Below are positions 23,943 through 37,135 of a stretch of 64,000 nucleotides of DNA, one piece after another. The stretch comes from Heteronotia binoei (lineage: Eukaryota), in the NCBI RefSeq assembly GCF_032191835.1, contig NC_083235.1:37014001-37078000 (forward strand), read 5' to 3'. Both the position numbers and the translations under genes were made by a program. The notes beneath the pieces were generated by a model. It was given only the letters and a program-made list of their open reading frames with translations, was not told the origin of the DNA and did no database searches. Numbering within the stretch: position 1 is the stretch's first letter; each line of letters starts with the position of its first letter.

Positions 23943-26165
23943 CTAATAGCCACTGATGGACCTCTGCTCCATATTTTTATCTAACCCCTTCTTGAAGGTG
24001 GCTATGCTTGTGGACGCCACCACCTCCTGTGGCAGTGAATTCCACATGTTAATCACCCTTTGGGTGAAGAAGTACTTCCTTTTATCCGTTTTAACCTGTC
24101 TGCTCAGCAATTTCATCGAATGCCCACGAGTTCTTGTATTGTGAGAAAGGGAGAAAAGTACTTCTTTCTCTACTTTCTCCATCCCATGCATTATCTTGTA
24201 AACTTCTATCATGTCACCCCTCAGTCGACGTTTCTCCAAGCTAAAGAGCCCTAAGCGTTTCAACCTTTCTTCATAGGGAAGGTGTTCCAGCCCTTTAATC
24301 ATTTTAGTTGCCCTTTTCTGAACTTTCTCCAATGCTATAATATCCTTTTTGAGGTGCGGCGACCAGAACTGCACACAGTACTCCAAATGAGACCGCACCA
24401 TCGATTTATACAGAGGCATTATGATACTGGCTGATTTGTTTTCAATTCCCTTCCTAATAATTCCCAGCATGGCGTTGGCCTTTTTTATTGCAAACGCACA
24501 CTGTCTTGACATTTTCAGTGAATTATCTACCATGACCCCAAGATCTCTCTCTTGGTCTGTCTCTGCCAGTTCACACCCCATCAACTTGTATTTGTAGCTG
24601 GGATTCTTGGCCCCAATGTGCATTACTTTGCACTTGGCCACATTGAACCGCATCTGCCACGTTGACGCCCACTCACCCAGCCTCAACAGATCCCTTTGGA
24701 GTTCCTCACAATCCTCTCTGGTTCTCACCACCCTGAACAATTTAGTGTCATCCGCAAATTAGGCCACTTCACTGCTCACTCCCAACTCTAAATCATTTAT
24801 GAACAAGTTAAAGAGGATGGGACCCAGTACCGAGCCCTGCGGCACCCCACTGCTTACCGTCCTCCACTGCGAAGACTGCCCATTTATACTCACTCTCTGC
24901 TTCCTATTACTCAGCCAGTTTTTGATCCACAAGAGGACCTGTCCTTTTACTCCATGACTCTCAAGCTTTCTAAGGAGCCTTTGATGAGGAACTTTATCAA
25001 AAGCTTTCTGGAAGTCAAGGTAAACAACATCTATCGGGTCTCCTTTGTCCACATGTTTGTTCACCCCCTCAAAGAAATGTAACAGGTTAGTGAGGCAAGA
25101 TCTTCCCTTGCAGAACCCATGCTGAGTCTTCCTCAATAACCCGTGTTCATCAATGTGCCTACTCATTCTGTCCTTGATAATGGTTTCTACCAACTTTCCC
25201 GGTATTGAAGTCAGACTGACTGGCCTGTAATTTCCCGGATCTCCTCTGGAACCCTTTTTAAAGATGGGGGTGACATTTGCTACCTTCCAGTCCTCAGGAA
25301 CGGAGGCAGATTTCAATGAAAGATTACAGATTTTTGTTAGAAGATCCACAAGTTCAACTTTGAGTTCTTTCAGAACTCTTGGATGTATGCCATCCGGACC
25401 CGGTGACTTATTAGTTTTTAATTTGTCTATCAGTTGTAGGACCTCCTCTTTTGTCACCTCAATCTGACTCAGGTCTTTTAACACCCCTTCCAATATTAGT
25501 GGTTCTGGGGCGGGCAAACACTTCTCATCTTCCACGGTGAAGACGGAGGCAAAAAATGCGTTCAGCTTCTCAGCCATTTCCCCATCCTCCTTCAGTAATC
25601 CTTTTACCCCATGGTCATCCAAGGGCCCCACTGCTTCCCTGGCTGGTTTCCTACTTCTAATATATTTGAAGAAATTTTTATTGTTGGTCTTTATGTTTTT
25701 TGCAATATGCTCCTCATAGTCCCTTTTTGCCTGCCTGATCACAGTCTTGCATTTGATTTGCCACTGCCTGTGTTCCCTTTTATTAATCTCACTTGGACTG
25801 GTTTTCCACCGCTTAAAGGAGTCCTTCTTACCTTTTACAGCTTCCATTACTTTGTTTGTTAACCATGCTGGCCTCTTCTTATACCTGTTTGTGCCTTTCC
25901 TAACTTGTGGTATGTATTTTATCTGAGCTTCTAGGATTATAGTTTTAAATAGTCTCCAAGCTTCCCCAAGGGTTTTGACCGTATTTACCTTTCCTTTCAG
26001 TTTCCTCCTCACATGCCTCCTCATCTCAGAGAATTTACCCCTTTTAAAGTTAAATGTGGTTGTGGCGGTCTTTTTGGGCAACTCCCTATTTATACAAATG
26101 GTGAAATCAATAACATTATGGTCACTGTTCCCAAGCGGCGCAATCACTTTTACGTCTCTCACCAA
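23943..26165 (-). pseudogene. CR1 ORF2 (RT) reading frame, disrupted by one in-frame TAA
   Basis: The two supplied ORFs (468 aa and 265 aa) are in the same frame, joined as GCC TAA TTT GCG GAT GAC ACT AAA (A*FADDTK). Confidence 0.93.
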
Positions 26166-27459
26166 GTCTTGGGCATTACTTAGGACCAGATCCAGGTCCC
26201 CTGTGTCCCCTGTGTTAGTCCCTGTTCAACTCTGATTTCTTATCACCATAGACAACGAGAATGCAAAGTTTTCAAGGCGGCTGTTCTTTAATTCATGACT
26301 GTGATTTGTAATTCATGACTTTATTATTTTGATATTTAAGCCAGTAGGGTTTTCAGACAAGTGGTATATTTTGCAGGGTTGCTCATTAGAGGCTGAAATA
26401 GCAAACAATGAATGTTACTGGAATTGGGGTTTTAGGATTTAGTTGCAAATGAGACCCTAAAATGCTGAGCTCCTAGACAGGTGTAATTGTAACGCACCAT
26501 ATGGGCTTCATGTTGGTAACACTTCAGCAGCATCCAAGCAGATGAGACTCCTGTATTTTGGCTGTAGCAATTATGTGATAAAATATTTATATACCAAATT
26601 AAGCATGTTGAATTGTGCCAGGGTAAGTTAGTTCATGGCAGCTGAAATGCCTTTATGAAGGCATTTTGGTGAGTCCAGACTCACTTCCGCCAAATCCTTG
26701 GCTGCACAAAAATACCACTGCGCCATATTTATGTAGGTATTGATTTGTAGTCCACCTTTCTTACGGACACTCAAGGCTGATTACGGTATCTTTTTAAAAT
26801 GCAGTAAAACAGTATAATATTTACAATAAACAATGCAAAGAGCATCTGGATTACAAATATAAGAGTATAGTGCAATAAAAACAGGCTAACACAAACAATA
26901 AACATTGCAATAAAACTGCCTAAAATCAAACATTAAAACTATAGCCCTTTTAAAATGCCCTCCTGAACAGTTCCATTTTGCACCAGCTGGAGATGGTGGG
27001 TCACACAGGGTTGCCAGGTGTGACTCAAGAAATATCTGCAGACTTTGTGGGTGGAGACAGGAGACTTTGGGGTGGAGCCAGGAGCAAGGGTATGACAAGC
27101 ATGATTGAACTCCAAGAGGAATTCTGGCAAACACTTTAAAAGCGACTACCCACCTTTTAAACGAACCTTCTTCTGGAGCTCTTAGAAGAGCCAATCTTTT
27201 TGAAACTTGAGGGTTGTTTTGAAGAGAGGCAGCAGATGCTATGCTGAAAATTTGGTGCCTCTACCTCAAAATAGCCCCCCAGATAACCACAGATAAATTC
27301 TCCATTATATCCTATAGGAATTGGTCTCCATAAGGTATAATGGAGTGCCCAGCAGACATTTCCCTCCTTCCCCCTTTCTGATAGCCCTGAAGTTGTAAGC
27401 CAAAATGCCCCCAAAACTGAGGGTGGGGAATTGACAGGTGGGCACTTGACTTTAAAAGG

Positions 27460-28630
27460 AACAAGAGTATATATATACAGGCTCCACGTCCAGAAACTAT
27501 CTATCAAATATGCCAGGGACACTAATTAAGTAAAAACAATTAAAATTTATTCCAGAAAAATTTAGATCACACACACAAGATCAAAATACTCATAAAGTCA
27601 TACATACAGTCCTAAGAAAATTAAATAGAGATATAGGGAAACACATGGGTAGATGAACAGGGTGATATTTACCGATTGTAGTCTTCAAGGAAGGCTCCAA
27701 TGGTGACAAAAGAGGACGGGGGAAATGGACCCAGAACTGTGGCCAGAATCAGGGATGGATCTAGACAGCGGAACTGGGGTGCTGCTAGATGCACACCTGT
27801 GGGTAGCTAGTCCACAGGTTATAAGGACAACCTTGAGCCCTTAGGGGATGAGAGGTACGAGGAAGGAGGAAGGTGATCAGCTGATGCATGACCTCACAAA
27901 AAGGGGAGGCTTCACAGTGACCATAAGGGCTGGACTACTGCGATAGCCAATAGCAAGTTAATTGGTGGCATCTAATTGGGTGCCCATAACTGACCAATGA
28001 CCAGGCTTGGGTCCTGGTTACCTGAGTGTTCAGGTTGAAATGGACCAGGGTAGGGATGCTTCAGGGTGACAGTACAAAGAAGAATGGGGAAAATCACTGG
28101 GGTGGAGGTTCATGGGAGTGGTTTGAACTAGGCCAAGGTGATGACAATAGATGGCCAAATTGTTATCTAAGGTAACACCCAGTCGGTAAAAAGACCCTTG
28201 GCTCCGGGTGAAGATGGTCTTCCTCTTCAATCTTCTATTGTCACCAGTCTTTTGTCCAAGGTTTTGCTGGTGGTTGGACAGTTGTCCACGCCTGGGTTGG
28301 GTCGATTGCTGCAGTTACAGGTGACATCTGGTGAGTACGTGAGCTGTTCGCTTCGCTGGAATGGAGTCTGACATGGTAGAAAGATAGCTGCGTGTGGTGT
28401 TAGCCCTCCGCAGTGGATTCCATGGTCAATGCTTCAAAACCGTTCACCTGGATAGCTCCTGGCGGCGCAACCTCCTCTGCTCCACGGCTGGCCGAGATGG
28501 ATGTCATACAGAATGACGGGAAGCCATCTGTTCTCCTGGTGGGCACTCTTGTACAGGTCTTGAGTGCCTTCGTAGCGTTATGGCTGCTAGTACTGCATAA
28601 GTCCCTTTCGCCCCTGGATAGGTTTACTCA
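27460..28630 (-). mobile_element. Possible ERV/LTR-retroelement fragment
   Basis: The minus strand has an LTR-like U3/R arrangement with AATAAA at ~27545, preceded by a CpG-containing segment. Ends, TSD and protein motifs could not be identified. Confidence 0.3.
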
Positions 28631-28889
28631 CACTCTCTGGCCAGATGTGTGTGAGCTACTTCTCCAGATGCTCTGGCAACCAAGTTGGTGACTACGATGT
28701 TCTATAAGGGGTTTTTCCTCACAAAGTGGGGGAACAGTTTCCATACTGGGGGATCCCCTGCCCCCTGCTGGGGATTGGCAACACTTGATGGTTGACTGTT
28801 GCCAATTTAAGCTGTTGCAGTGGTGGCATTCTCTGTCTGCTTCTGGCATCACACACTGATGCCACAGCCATTAGGGTTTCTCCTAAAAG

Positions 28890-29187
28890 GAAAGGAAAGG
28901 TCCCCTGTGCAAGCACCGGTCGTTTCCAACTCTGGGGTGACGTTGCTTTCATAATGTTTTCACAGCAGACTTTTTAAGGGGTGGTTTGCAATTGCCTTCC
29001 CCAGTCATTTACACTTTCCCCCCAACAAGCTGGGTACTCATTTGACTGACCTTGGAAGGATGGAAGGCTGAGGCAACCATGAGCTGGCTTCCTGAAAACC
29101 CAGCTTCTGCTGGGGATCGAACTCAGGTCGTGAGCAGAGCTTAGGACTGCAGTACTGCAGCTATAACACTCTGCGCCACGGGGTTCT
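28890..29187 (-). mobile_element. Sauria-type (Squam1-like) tRNA SINE with RTE/BovB-like tail and 13-bp TSD
   Basis: Minus-strand head CCCCGTGGCGCAGAGTG..GAGTTCGATCCC; tail GCACAGGGGACCTTTCCTTT; TSD TTTCTCCTAAAAG at 28877-28889 and 29188-29200. Confidence 0.88.
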
Positions 29188-29437
29188 TTTCTCCTAAAAG
29201 CACACTGGCTATTGTTCCTGGCAGGGGCAGCTGTACTGTGAAGTGTTCACTTTTGGCAACACATTTCAAATTGTTTTTTTGAGTCTAACCTCTGTTTCAC
29301 ATAAAAAACAACAGTTTGACTTTTTATTTTCAGTATAAAAATAACTACAGTTGGCCTTTTCTTATGTGCTTGGACCATGAATTATGGCTTTACATGCTGA
29401 GTTTTCTGATACATGCAGATTCCTTTCCTCCTTCATC

Positions 29438-29960
29438 CAGGGCTGGCGTGACCCAGTAGATCAGGTAGGTGGCTGCCTAGGGCACCACCTGGACACAGGA
29501 GTGGGTGGTGGGCACCCCGCTGCCTCTGATGCCCCTTCCCCACTACCGCTATGCTTGCCCTTGCGGCTGCCCACCTCTCTGCTGCCCTCTTCTCCCTTGC
29601 TCTCCAGCCTGGTGCCCTGCGGGTGGGCAGCAGTGGGGATGGCGGTGAACAGGGAGGGGTGGGTGCACATCAGCAAGGGAGGGCTGGCTCCAAGTGCTTC
29701 TGAGTGCACACGCTGCCTGTGCCACACAGACCCAGGAAGGCTAAGCAGGGGGTGGGTCAGCGCGTGCACTCGGAGGTGCTTGGAGCTGGCCCTCCCTTGT
29801 TGTGCACCCCGCTGCCATGCTTGCTCTCACCACCATCCAAGAAGGTGGCAGGGAAGGGGCTGAATGGGTGTGGCAGGGCAGCAGGTGTGCCACAGCAAGG
29901 GAGGGCCAGCTCCAAGTATCTTGCTGCCTAGGGCATCTCAAACCCTGGTGCTGCCTTCAT
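29438..29960. mobile_element. GC-rich non-autonomous DNA element with internal repeats
   Basis: CAGGGCTGGCG start, GCTGCCTAGGGCA subterminal motifs at both ends, and a repeated AGCAAGGGAGGG..GCTCCAAGT unit. Confidence 0.45.
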
Positions 29961-30683
29961 CAGTGCATCTCCAGTATATTGTGCTGCTGAAATGCAAGGC
30001 TGGTTTTTTGGGGTGGTGCTGTAAGACACATTATCGTGCCTCATGTGTCTGCCAGTTGCCTCTCTGCATGCTGGGAACCCCACTGCAGTGCCAAAGTCAG
30101 CACAAAATGGAATGTGCAAAAGCACTCTTAGTAAAGAATTCTTGTAGGATTCCTGAAGGTGAGCAGTCAAAGCAGGTTCTTTGTTAGAATAAATGAATTC
30201 AACCATAGCCAGGTGGAAAGGGAGATCTTTGGAATGTTCAAATAATCAGAAATTTGGATAACTGGAAGCAATTGTTGCCGGTAAATTAGATAGGAAGTCC
30301 ATGCTTAATTAGGAAATTGAATGTTGAAATATTGTCACAGCTTCATATTTGAAAATAACCCTTTTTAGATATATTGAGAGCTCTACAGCTATGTGTATCG
30401 GGAGCATGCAGTACCTGCAGTACTTCTGATATGCACAGGCTCAATATTGTCTGAAAAGGGAAATGTGCATATTTTGCATGTATGTACAGCTTCAGTACGT
30501 GTGAATCAGATCCCTGAAAAAGCCAGAGGTCAGTTCATGCATGCCAAAGCTGCACATACATACTTAACGTTCTTTCTGTTCAAATAATATTGCAACTGCA
30601 AATACCTGGAGGATCTTCATAGGACCCATGCATGTAACATCAGAAAAGGGCTTATGAAAAGCACCTATAAGGTGAATTCTAGT

Positions 30684-30903
30684 CAGGATTGTCAACCTCC
30701 AACTGGTGGCAGGAGATTTCATGGGATTACAACTGATCTCCAGGCAGCAGAGATCAGTTCTCCTGGAGAAAATGGCCCCTTCAGAAGGTGGACTTTGTGG
30801 CACTATACTCCACTGAGATCCCTCCCCTGACCCAATCCCTACATTCCTCAGACTCCACACCCAAAATCTCCAGGTATTTCTCAGCCCAGAGTTGGCAACC
30901 CAA
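30684..30903. mobile_element. hAT MITE, GGGTTGCCA family
   Basis: Body homologous to 6295-6509 (inverted); ends TTGGCAACCC. Confidence 0.65.
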
Positions 30904-31874
30904 GCTCTAGTGTGAATATGTAGAACAGGGAGATTGTTCTCTGGTGCTCACATCTTCCACTAGGGCTGGCAACTCAATGCTGGCAATAATTCACGAGGGC
31001 AGGGTTCTAAAGATGGCAAGGAGAAACCTATGTTATATGGGAAGGGAAAGAAGATACAATGCTAAGTAAAAATAGAAGCAGGAGATGGCGAGAATGCGTC
31101 AGGTCAGAAAAACGATATGAAGAGAATGAGCAGGAAAAATGAAACTGCATATTTAAAGCAGATGAGTAGATAAGAGAAAAATGAGTCTAAGAAAAATGGG
31201 GAAAGAGAATATCATCATTGTATGGTTCATGAGCTGCTTCCTGAAATGAGAAGGTTCCCTTAGGGTATATTCAGAGAAGGGCTGTTTTGAGCCTTTTAAT
31301 TGAGACTCAAAGGATTAAAGGAACTGGTTGATTTATGCTTTTAAAAAAGGCTTTGTTCATAATTTTGGGAGGGCGGATGCCCCCCAGGTTAGAGTACTTA
31401 CTCAGGCACCGGTTCTTAGGTTCATTCAGCAGAGACAAGCTGGCTTAAAACATTAGCCATTTATTTGCAAGGAGACAACTTTGACAACTAACAACTTCAG
31501 CTAACATATAAAACTGGAAACTGAGACAAGAACTTTACCTAATAGGACCAAACTAAATCACACAGACATTAGGGGAGGAGCAGACTGTTCCATTACATAC
31601 ATACATATATACAATAAATATATCACATTTCTGATCTTCTCCAGGACTGCTTCAGAAACCTGGCTTTATTATAACACCAACTGAGTAATTTCTCTGTTTG
31701 TTTCTTTTGAACCTGGCAGTACTTTCATTTCTGATATTTCAATTAATTGGGATAAACTGGAAATATTCCACTGCCTGTTTATGGCATCAGGGTTAGATTC
31801 TCACTTTGATCCTTTTTTGTTCTAGAAACTCAGGGCTGCATTTCCAAGATAATTATGGAAGGGTTGGATCCCTG

Positions 31875-32055
31875 CAGGGTTGCCAGCCTCCAGGTGGGGC
31901 CTGGCGATCTCCTGCTTTTACAACTGACCTCCAGCTGGCAGAGATCAGCTCCCCTGGAGAAAATGACCACTTTAAGGGAGGACTCTAAGACATTGTACCA
32001 TGCTGAGGCCCTTCTCTTCCCCAAACCCCGCCCTCTCCCAGATCCGCCTCCAAAG
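31875..32055. mobile_element. hAT MITE, GGGTTGCCA family (partial)
   Basis: Starts CAGGGTTGCCAGCCTCCAGGTGGGGCCTGG and is homologous to the other copies. Confidence 0.65.
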
Positions 32056-33038
32056 TCTAACACAGACCCGGTAACCTTTATCATATGCTTGGGATGTAGT
32101 GAAGAGCTAGACATTCTGATGTAGGACAACTAGAATTTTAAGGGTTGCTGGAGAATATGGTTGCATTGTTTGTACTGGGGGGTTTACTCTTGGATTAGAT
32201 ATCTTTTGAATCTGCATATTTATAAAAAAATTATTTTAAAAGGCACTGTGTCACTATGGTCCCAAACTCCTACTGCTTGCAGAGTATAATACAGCGGCAC
32301 ACTCCCCAAACTTTTGAACCTGTGGACACTGTTGGAATTTTGGTAAGAGACAGTGGGTGCTGCAACAGAATACAGCCATGAGCAGGTATGACTGATCACA
32401 CAATGGCATCCATGGGGGCTGGGTCCAATCACAAAATGTTGGGTGGTTCAACAAAATGTTAAGAGGTTTCCAGCCAAGCATCTAATGATGATGGAGACAG
32501 GTTTTGTGCAGACATAAGAAGATGACTCCTGGGTTTTTCTGATGTATAACCTACTCCAGTAAAGTAGAGAAAAGTCACTTTGCTTTGGAAAAGAGATGCT
32601 GTTGGGAAAGAAGTAAGCTGGTGTCAGGAAATGCATCAGTAGGTGCCATTATCACTGGTGTAGAACCACACCTAAGAAATCAGACAACATCCTACAACTT
32701 TTGCATAACTGACTGAGCTGGAATCAGTGTTTGCCAGGGCTGAACCCCAGAAACTAAATTCAAGGCCAGGGCTTAGTGATTCTGGACATGAGTGGAATAC
32801 AGCCACCTTTGAGCTGCCAAAGCTAACTATGATATATACATCATCAGCTATGGCACGCTTGGCATGCAGAAAGTCCCTTAGTTCAATCTCTGACACCTCT
32901 GATTAAAGGATCTCAGCAGGTGCTCAGAAAGAACTGCTATAACCCTACAGAGCTGCTATTATAACCTTATAGAACTGCTGCCAGTTGGAATAGACACTAT
33001 AGAACTAAATGGGCCAATTATTTGAAGTGAACAGGGAC

Positions 33039-33614
33039 TGGGGTTGCCAATCTCCAGGTGGTTTCCATGTAATCTCATGGGATTACAACTGATCTCCAGG
33101 GGACAGAAAACAGTTCACCTGGAGAAAATGGGCACTTAGGAAGGTGGACTCCATGGCATTCTGCCCCATTGAAGTTAGGGTTGCCAGGTCCTATCTGGCT
33201 GCTGGTGGGAGGCTCAAGGGTCGACTCTGAGATCTTCTTGTGTGCACTGCAATGATGTCACTGATGTTGGGGGGGGTGATACTCTAGTTTTTGGGTAAAA
33301 CTCTATTTTTTGAGCCCAATGTTACCATAGAGTTTCGCCCAAAAACTTGAGCGTCACCCCACCCAACATCAGCAACATAATGATGTTATTTCTGGCTGAT
33401 ATCACATTGCATTTGGGGACATTTGCGGGTGGGTTTTCACCCCACCAGCCAGCTGGTTGGCAGTGGAAAGGGGCCCACAAAAGGGGGGGAACCCTCACCC
33501 AGACCAGGAACCTGGCAACCCTAATTGAAGTCCCTCCCCTCTCCAAACCCCACCTCCCTCAGGATCTATCCTCCAAATCTCCAGGTATTTCCCAATCCAG
33601 AGCTGGCAAACCTA
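33039..33614. mobile_element. Outer GGGTTGCCA-family MITE, interrupted by a second MITE
   Basis: The outer body is contiguous once 33176-33531 is removed. Confidence 0.7.
33176..33523. mobile_element. Inner hAT MITE with 14-bp perfect TIR and perfect 8-bp TSD ATTGAAGT
   Basis: TAGGGTTGCCAGGT / ACCTGGCAACCCTA; TSD at 33168-33175 and 33524-33531. Confidence 0.92.
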
Positions 33615-34118
33615 CCATAGTTTCATATTTCAGGGTGGGGACAAAGTTTTTTAAATCACTGGGTCTGACTTTGAGGCAAGCTTGAGCTGTGACATCTGGA
33701 TATCCTCACACTGTATTATTTCACATCGTCCTCTGAGCCCCACATTCTAGTTTAGCTGTGGACTGTTCTGTACTTCCATGGGAAAAGGAACAAATAATAA
33801 TCTTAGTAGGGAGGGAGCAGTGAAGTTCCTGCTCTTTTTACCTGCTCCAGATGCATAGACAAATTTGTCTCAAAATATGTCACCACAAGGATTAAATTCC
33901 TTCCAAACACACAAAAAAATCCTGCCACATGTCAGACCTGGACTCACCCCTTGGGTTCCATGTGGGTAAAAAAAATTTCATGTTTATACAAAAGCTGGTG
34001 GGGGAGGGCTGGAGTGGCAAATGCCTTTCTCAGCCACCCCACTGCCTGTGCTAAAATCAATCCCTCTGCCCTAATAAGAAAGGACAGGCGAAACCCAGCT
34101 GGGGTCACGATTAACCCT

Positions 34119-34805
34119 GTGCATGAGCAAAACTAATGTGTCTTGAAAGAGCTCTCCAAGAAAGAAAAAAGCTTAAGCTTCAAGGTAGCAGTTTTTGTGG
34201 CTGTGGCCTCCCTGGACTTTGTTGGGAAACTGACTCAGACAAGGTCCTGTATGCAGAGGAGTGTGAGGATGGGAAACGTGCCCTTACTGTGAAACCATTC
34301 GGTCTGTGTACTGCACAAGTTAAAATCTGACAGGGAGAGCTTAAGTTAGAAGTTAGGTTTTGGGGGTTGAGGCTTAGAATTCTGAAGCTGTGAAGGAGAC
34401 AGAAGGGTTAGTTTAATGGCTGGACTGTGAATTAAAGATTGGTGGAAATATATCAGATATTTGATTAAATTCCCTAGCGTGAGTTACTGAAGTGTTACTG
34501 TATATGCTAACAGAGTTTGCTGAGACTAGTATGTAATTTAGTTACAGCAGAGTGCTCTGTTGATACGTTATAAACCTGCCTGAGAGAGTGTTCTCCTGAG
34601 GAGTGTGTTGTGTAAAACGAACATCTAACAACTCCTGTCTAGATGTTAATATTCACCTCTAAACTGGATTGGATTGATTGTTAATATTTACCTCAGTTAT
34701 GTGTTTTTTCCTGAATAAATCTGTTCTTCATTTTAGAAGCAAAATTTGTATCAGTTTCCTGGAGTTTCTTTGAATCCAGGTTTGGGTGGGTTTATGCCGA
34801 AGCAC
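34119..34805 (+). mobile_element. Possible solo LTR
   Basis: TGTGC...GCACA ends and AATAAA at ~34713. No matching TSD was found. Confidence 0.3.
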
Positions 34806-35819
34806 AAATTTTGTCCCCTTGAACCATTTTTTAAATTTCCTGCTGAAATGTGTATGTGACTGAGGACAAAATCCTGTGGGGTGGTGGCTAGTACTGAGGA
34901 AATGGGACACATACCCTTGTGAAACCATAAAGGTAAAGCCCTTGACTCAGTTCTCAGCACAGCCTGTCTAGGCCAGGTTAGTGGTCTGTCTCAGATGCAT
35001 TTCTCTCTCCCTCTCTCTCGGTTGCAATCCTTTGCTGCTATAAGTGAAGCGGAGGGTAAAAATTAAGGGAGGAACTACACATTTACCAGCTGTAATCACA
35101 GAGGTGGTATCTGTGAAAGGGGGAAGGCAAAATTAATGTTACATGAAGGGCTGCCTTGGAAACAGGGCATTGGACAGCTACAATGTGCATATTTTGCCAA
35201 CATTTTAAAGTCTTTACTGTTTTTCCAGACTGTTTAGTTGAAAGTGCTGGGGCTACTGCAAAGTTACCTGCAAGACTGAATTCTCCCACATGAACCTAGG
35301 TCTCCTGGTTCATGGTCTGATGATACTCAAATAACTTCCACACAATCTGTACCTGCGAAATTTACCAGAGGAAGAAAAGGCTTCTTAAAAACAAAATGCA
35401 AAACAGTTTCCATCAAAACAGCTTTGATCTGGATTCCTGTCTTCAGCTTTTTGAGCACGGAACTTTGTTGCTTGCAGCTGCAAGCACACCAGCATGTTGT
35501 CAGTTTCTTGAACTTTTTCCAGCTTGACTTTTAACCCACCATATGGCACTGTGCCTGTGCAGGTGGCCTTGGCTGATGATCTTTGCCTGGAGATCAATAG
35601 AGGAAATTGTACCTTATTGAACCTATTAGGTCTCCCAGTGACCTTTGATACTATTGGTTACACACTGTTGGTGTCTATAACTGCAAGGCCAGTATTTATG
35701 GGTGGATCTGATGCTGATTCCTTGCAGGGAAATTCTAGAGGGATATAAGATGGAGTGATCCCTGCTGGTATCCCTTTTTTTCTTCACCCTTGAGGCTGTT
35801 AGGGAAGAATGCGTTAGAT

Positions 35820-36444
35820 CAGGGGTGTTGAATTCATTTGTTATGCGGGCCAGACTGACATAAATGAGACCTTGTTGGGCTGGGCCATTTGTGTCATAAA
35901 GCATAATGGCAGGTAGCAGAGTTATAAACTTTATAAACGACACGAACAATTAAATATTTTTTAAAACTTAAAATAAAATATAAAAATTAGCACTCTTGCA
36001 ATATTTTGTTTATTTAACAGTTTCTGATAACTGACACCTCTTGCTCTGAATTATTGCATCAAAATCTGGAGACAATGTCTGTGCTGCAGCAATCTTGAGT
36101 ATGATGTTCAGGTGTTGTTCAGATATGTGTCTGTAAACTGCAAACCTACTCTTGATTTATTGACATTCATTACAAAATGGCCAATGCTTTGAGCCTAAGA
36201 CCAAGGGGAAAACATGAAATGGCTGGCCATTGCAAGCTTTTGTACATAAGCTGCTTCATGTGCTGGTCAGCCAATGGAGAAAATAGAGGCTTTGCTCTGT
36301 AGCTCCTGTGCGATTGAGCAAACCTGGCAAAGCAAGCTGGGATGCAGAAGGAAGCAAGAGAGAGAGAAGGAAGCAGATGACAGTTGCTCGCGGGAACCCT
36401 CCAGGGGCCTGATCCGTACTCGGGCCACACATTTGACACCCCTG
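35820..36444. mobile_element. hAT (Charlie-like) MITE, CAGGGGTGT TIR family
   Basis: CAGGGGTGTTGAA / TTTGACACCCCTG; TSD CGTTAGAT/TGTTAGAT. Inverted sister of 46134-46645. Confidence 0.85.
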
Positions 36445-37135
36445 TGTTAGATGCTCTTTTCTGTAAATTTAACTAGCTTTTGGTCTACAGACAACAACTT
36501 ACTGGTGATCCCAGACCCCAGCCCAAAAGACATCTGGCTGTTCCACCAAGTTTTTGGTTAAGAACGGTGACAGGTACCATCCTGGCTGGTGCTCCCCTCC
36601 CTCCTTCCTTTTTTTCTTTCTTTGTCCTCTTTTTACCATCTATGCTGCCACCCTACTCCCCCAGGAGGCAGTGACACAGTCTGAAATTTGAATTATTAAC
36701 ACTGTCTGTGAATTGTTTTTTAATTAATTTTTAAACTGCTGGAACTCTTTTGTCATTATATGGTATATATTTTATGGGCGTTCTTCATCGCTCGCCCTGA
36801 GTACTCAGGGATTGAGCGATTCATAAATCTAAATTATAAATAAATAAATTTAAACATCAAGCTATCTCCTTCTCTGTTTCATCTCTTTTCATTATGCTGT
36901 AATTGGGGATGCACTGCCCTCTGGTAAACATTGGTTTTCCATATGGGGTCAGAACTTTGTGGCTTCCCCATTCCTGGTGTGTCTACAAATAAAACACAGC
37001 AGTAATTGCATGGTTCCCCACAGTTTCCGCGCCCCAATTCCTGGAAGCAGCTAGTACCCTTCTCCCAGGACACCAGGGCTTTAGTAATTAAAAAAAATTA
37101 AAAAAATTAAAAAAAAAGACAAGAATATTGTTATA

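Larger units (their letters stand above)
23786..26195 (-). mobile_element. CR1 LINE, 5'-truncated (~2.4 kb), TTCTTATG tail
   Basis: ORF2 from the endonuclease C-terminus (LDLVLS..LGNSDHN) through RT ([37 protein letters not shown]) to the stop at 23943. The 3' UTR carries a (TG)n(TA)n microsatellite and ends CTTCTCTTATGTTCTTATG. Confidence 0.97.

Noticed and set aside
35080-35620. Possible exon-like or pseudogene segment with AG/GT-flanked block
   Set aside because: The candidate exon has stops in all three frames, and there is no recognisable homology.
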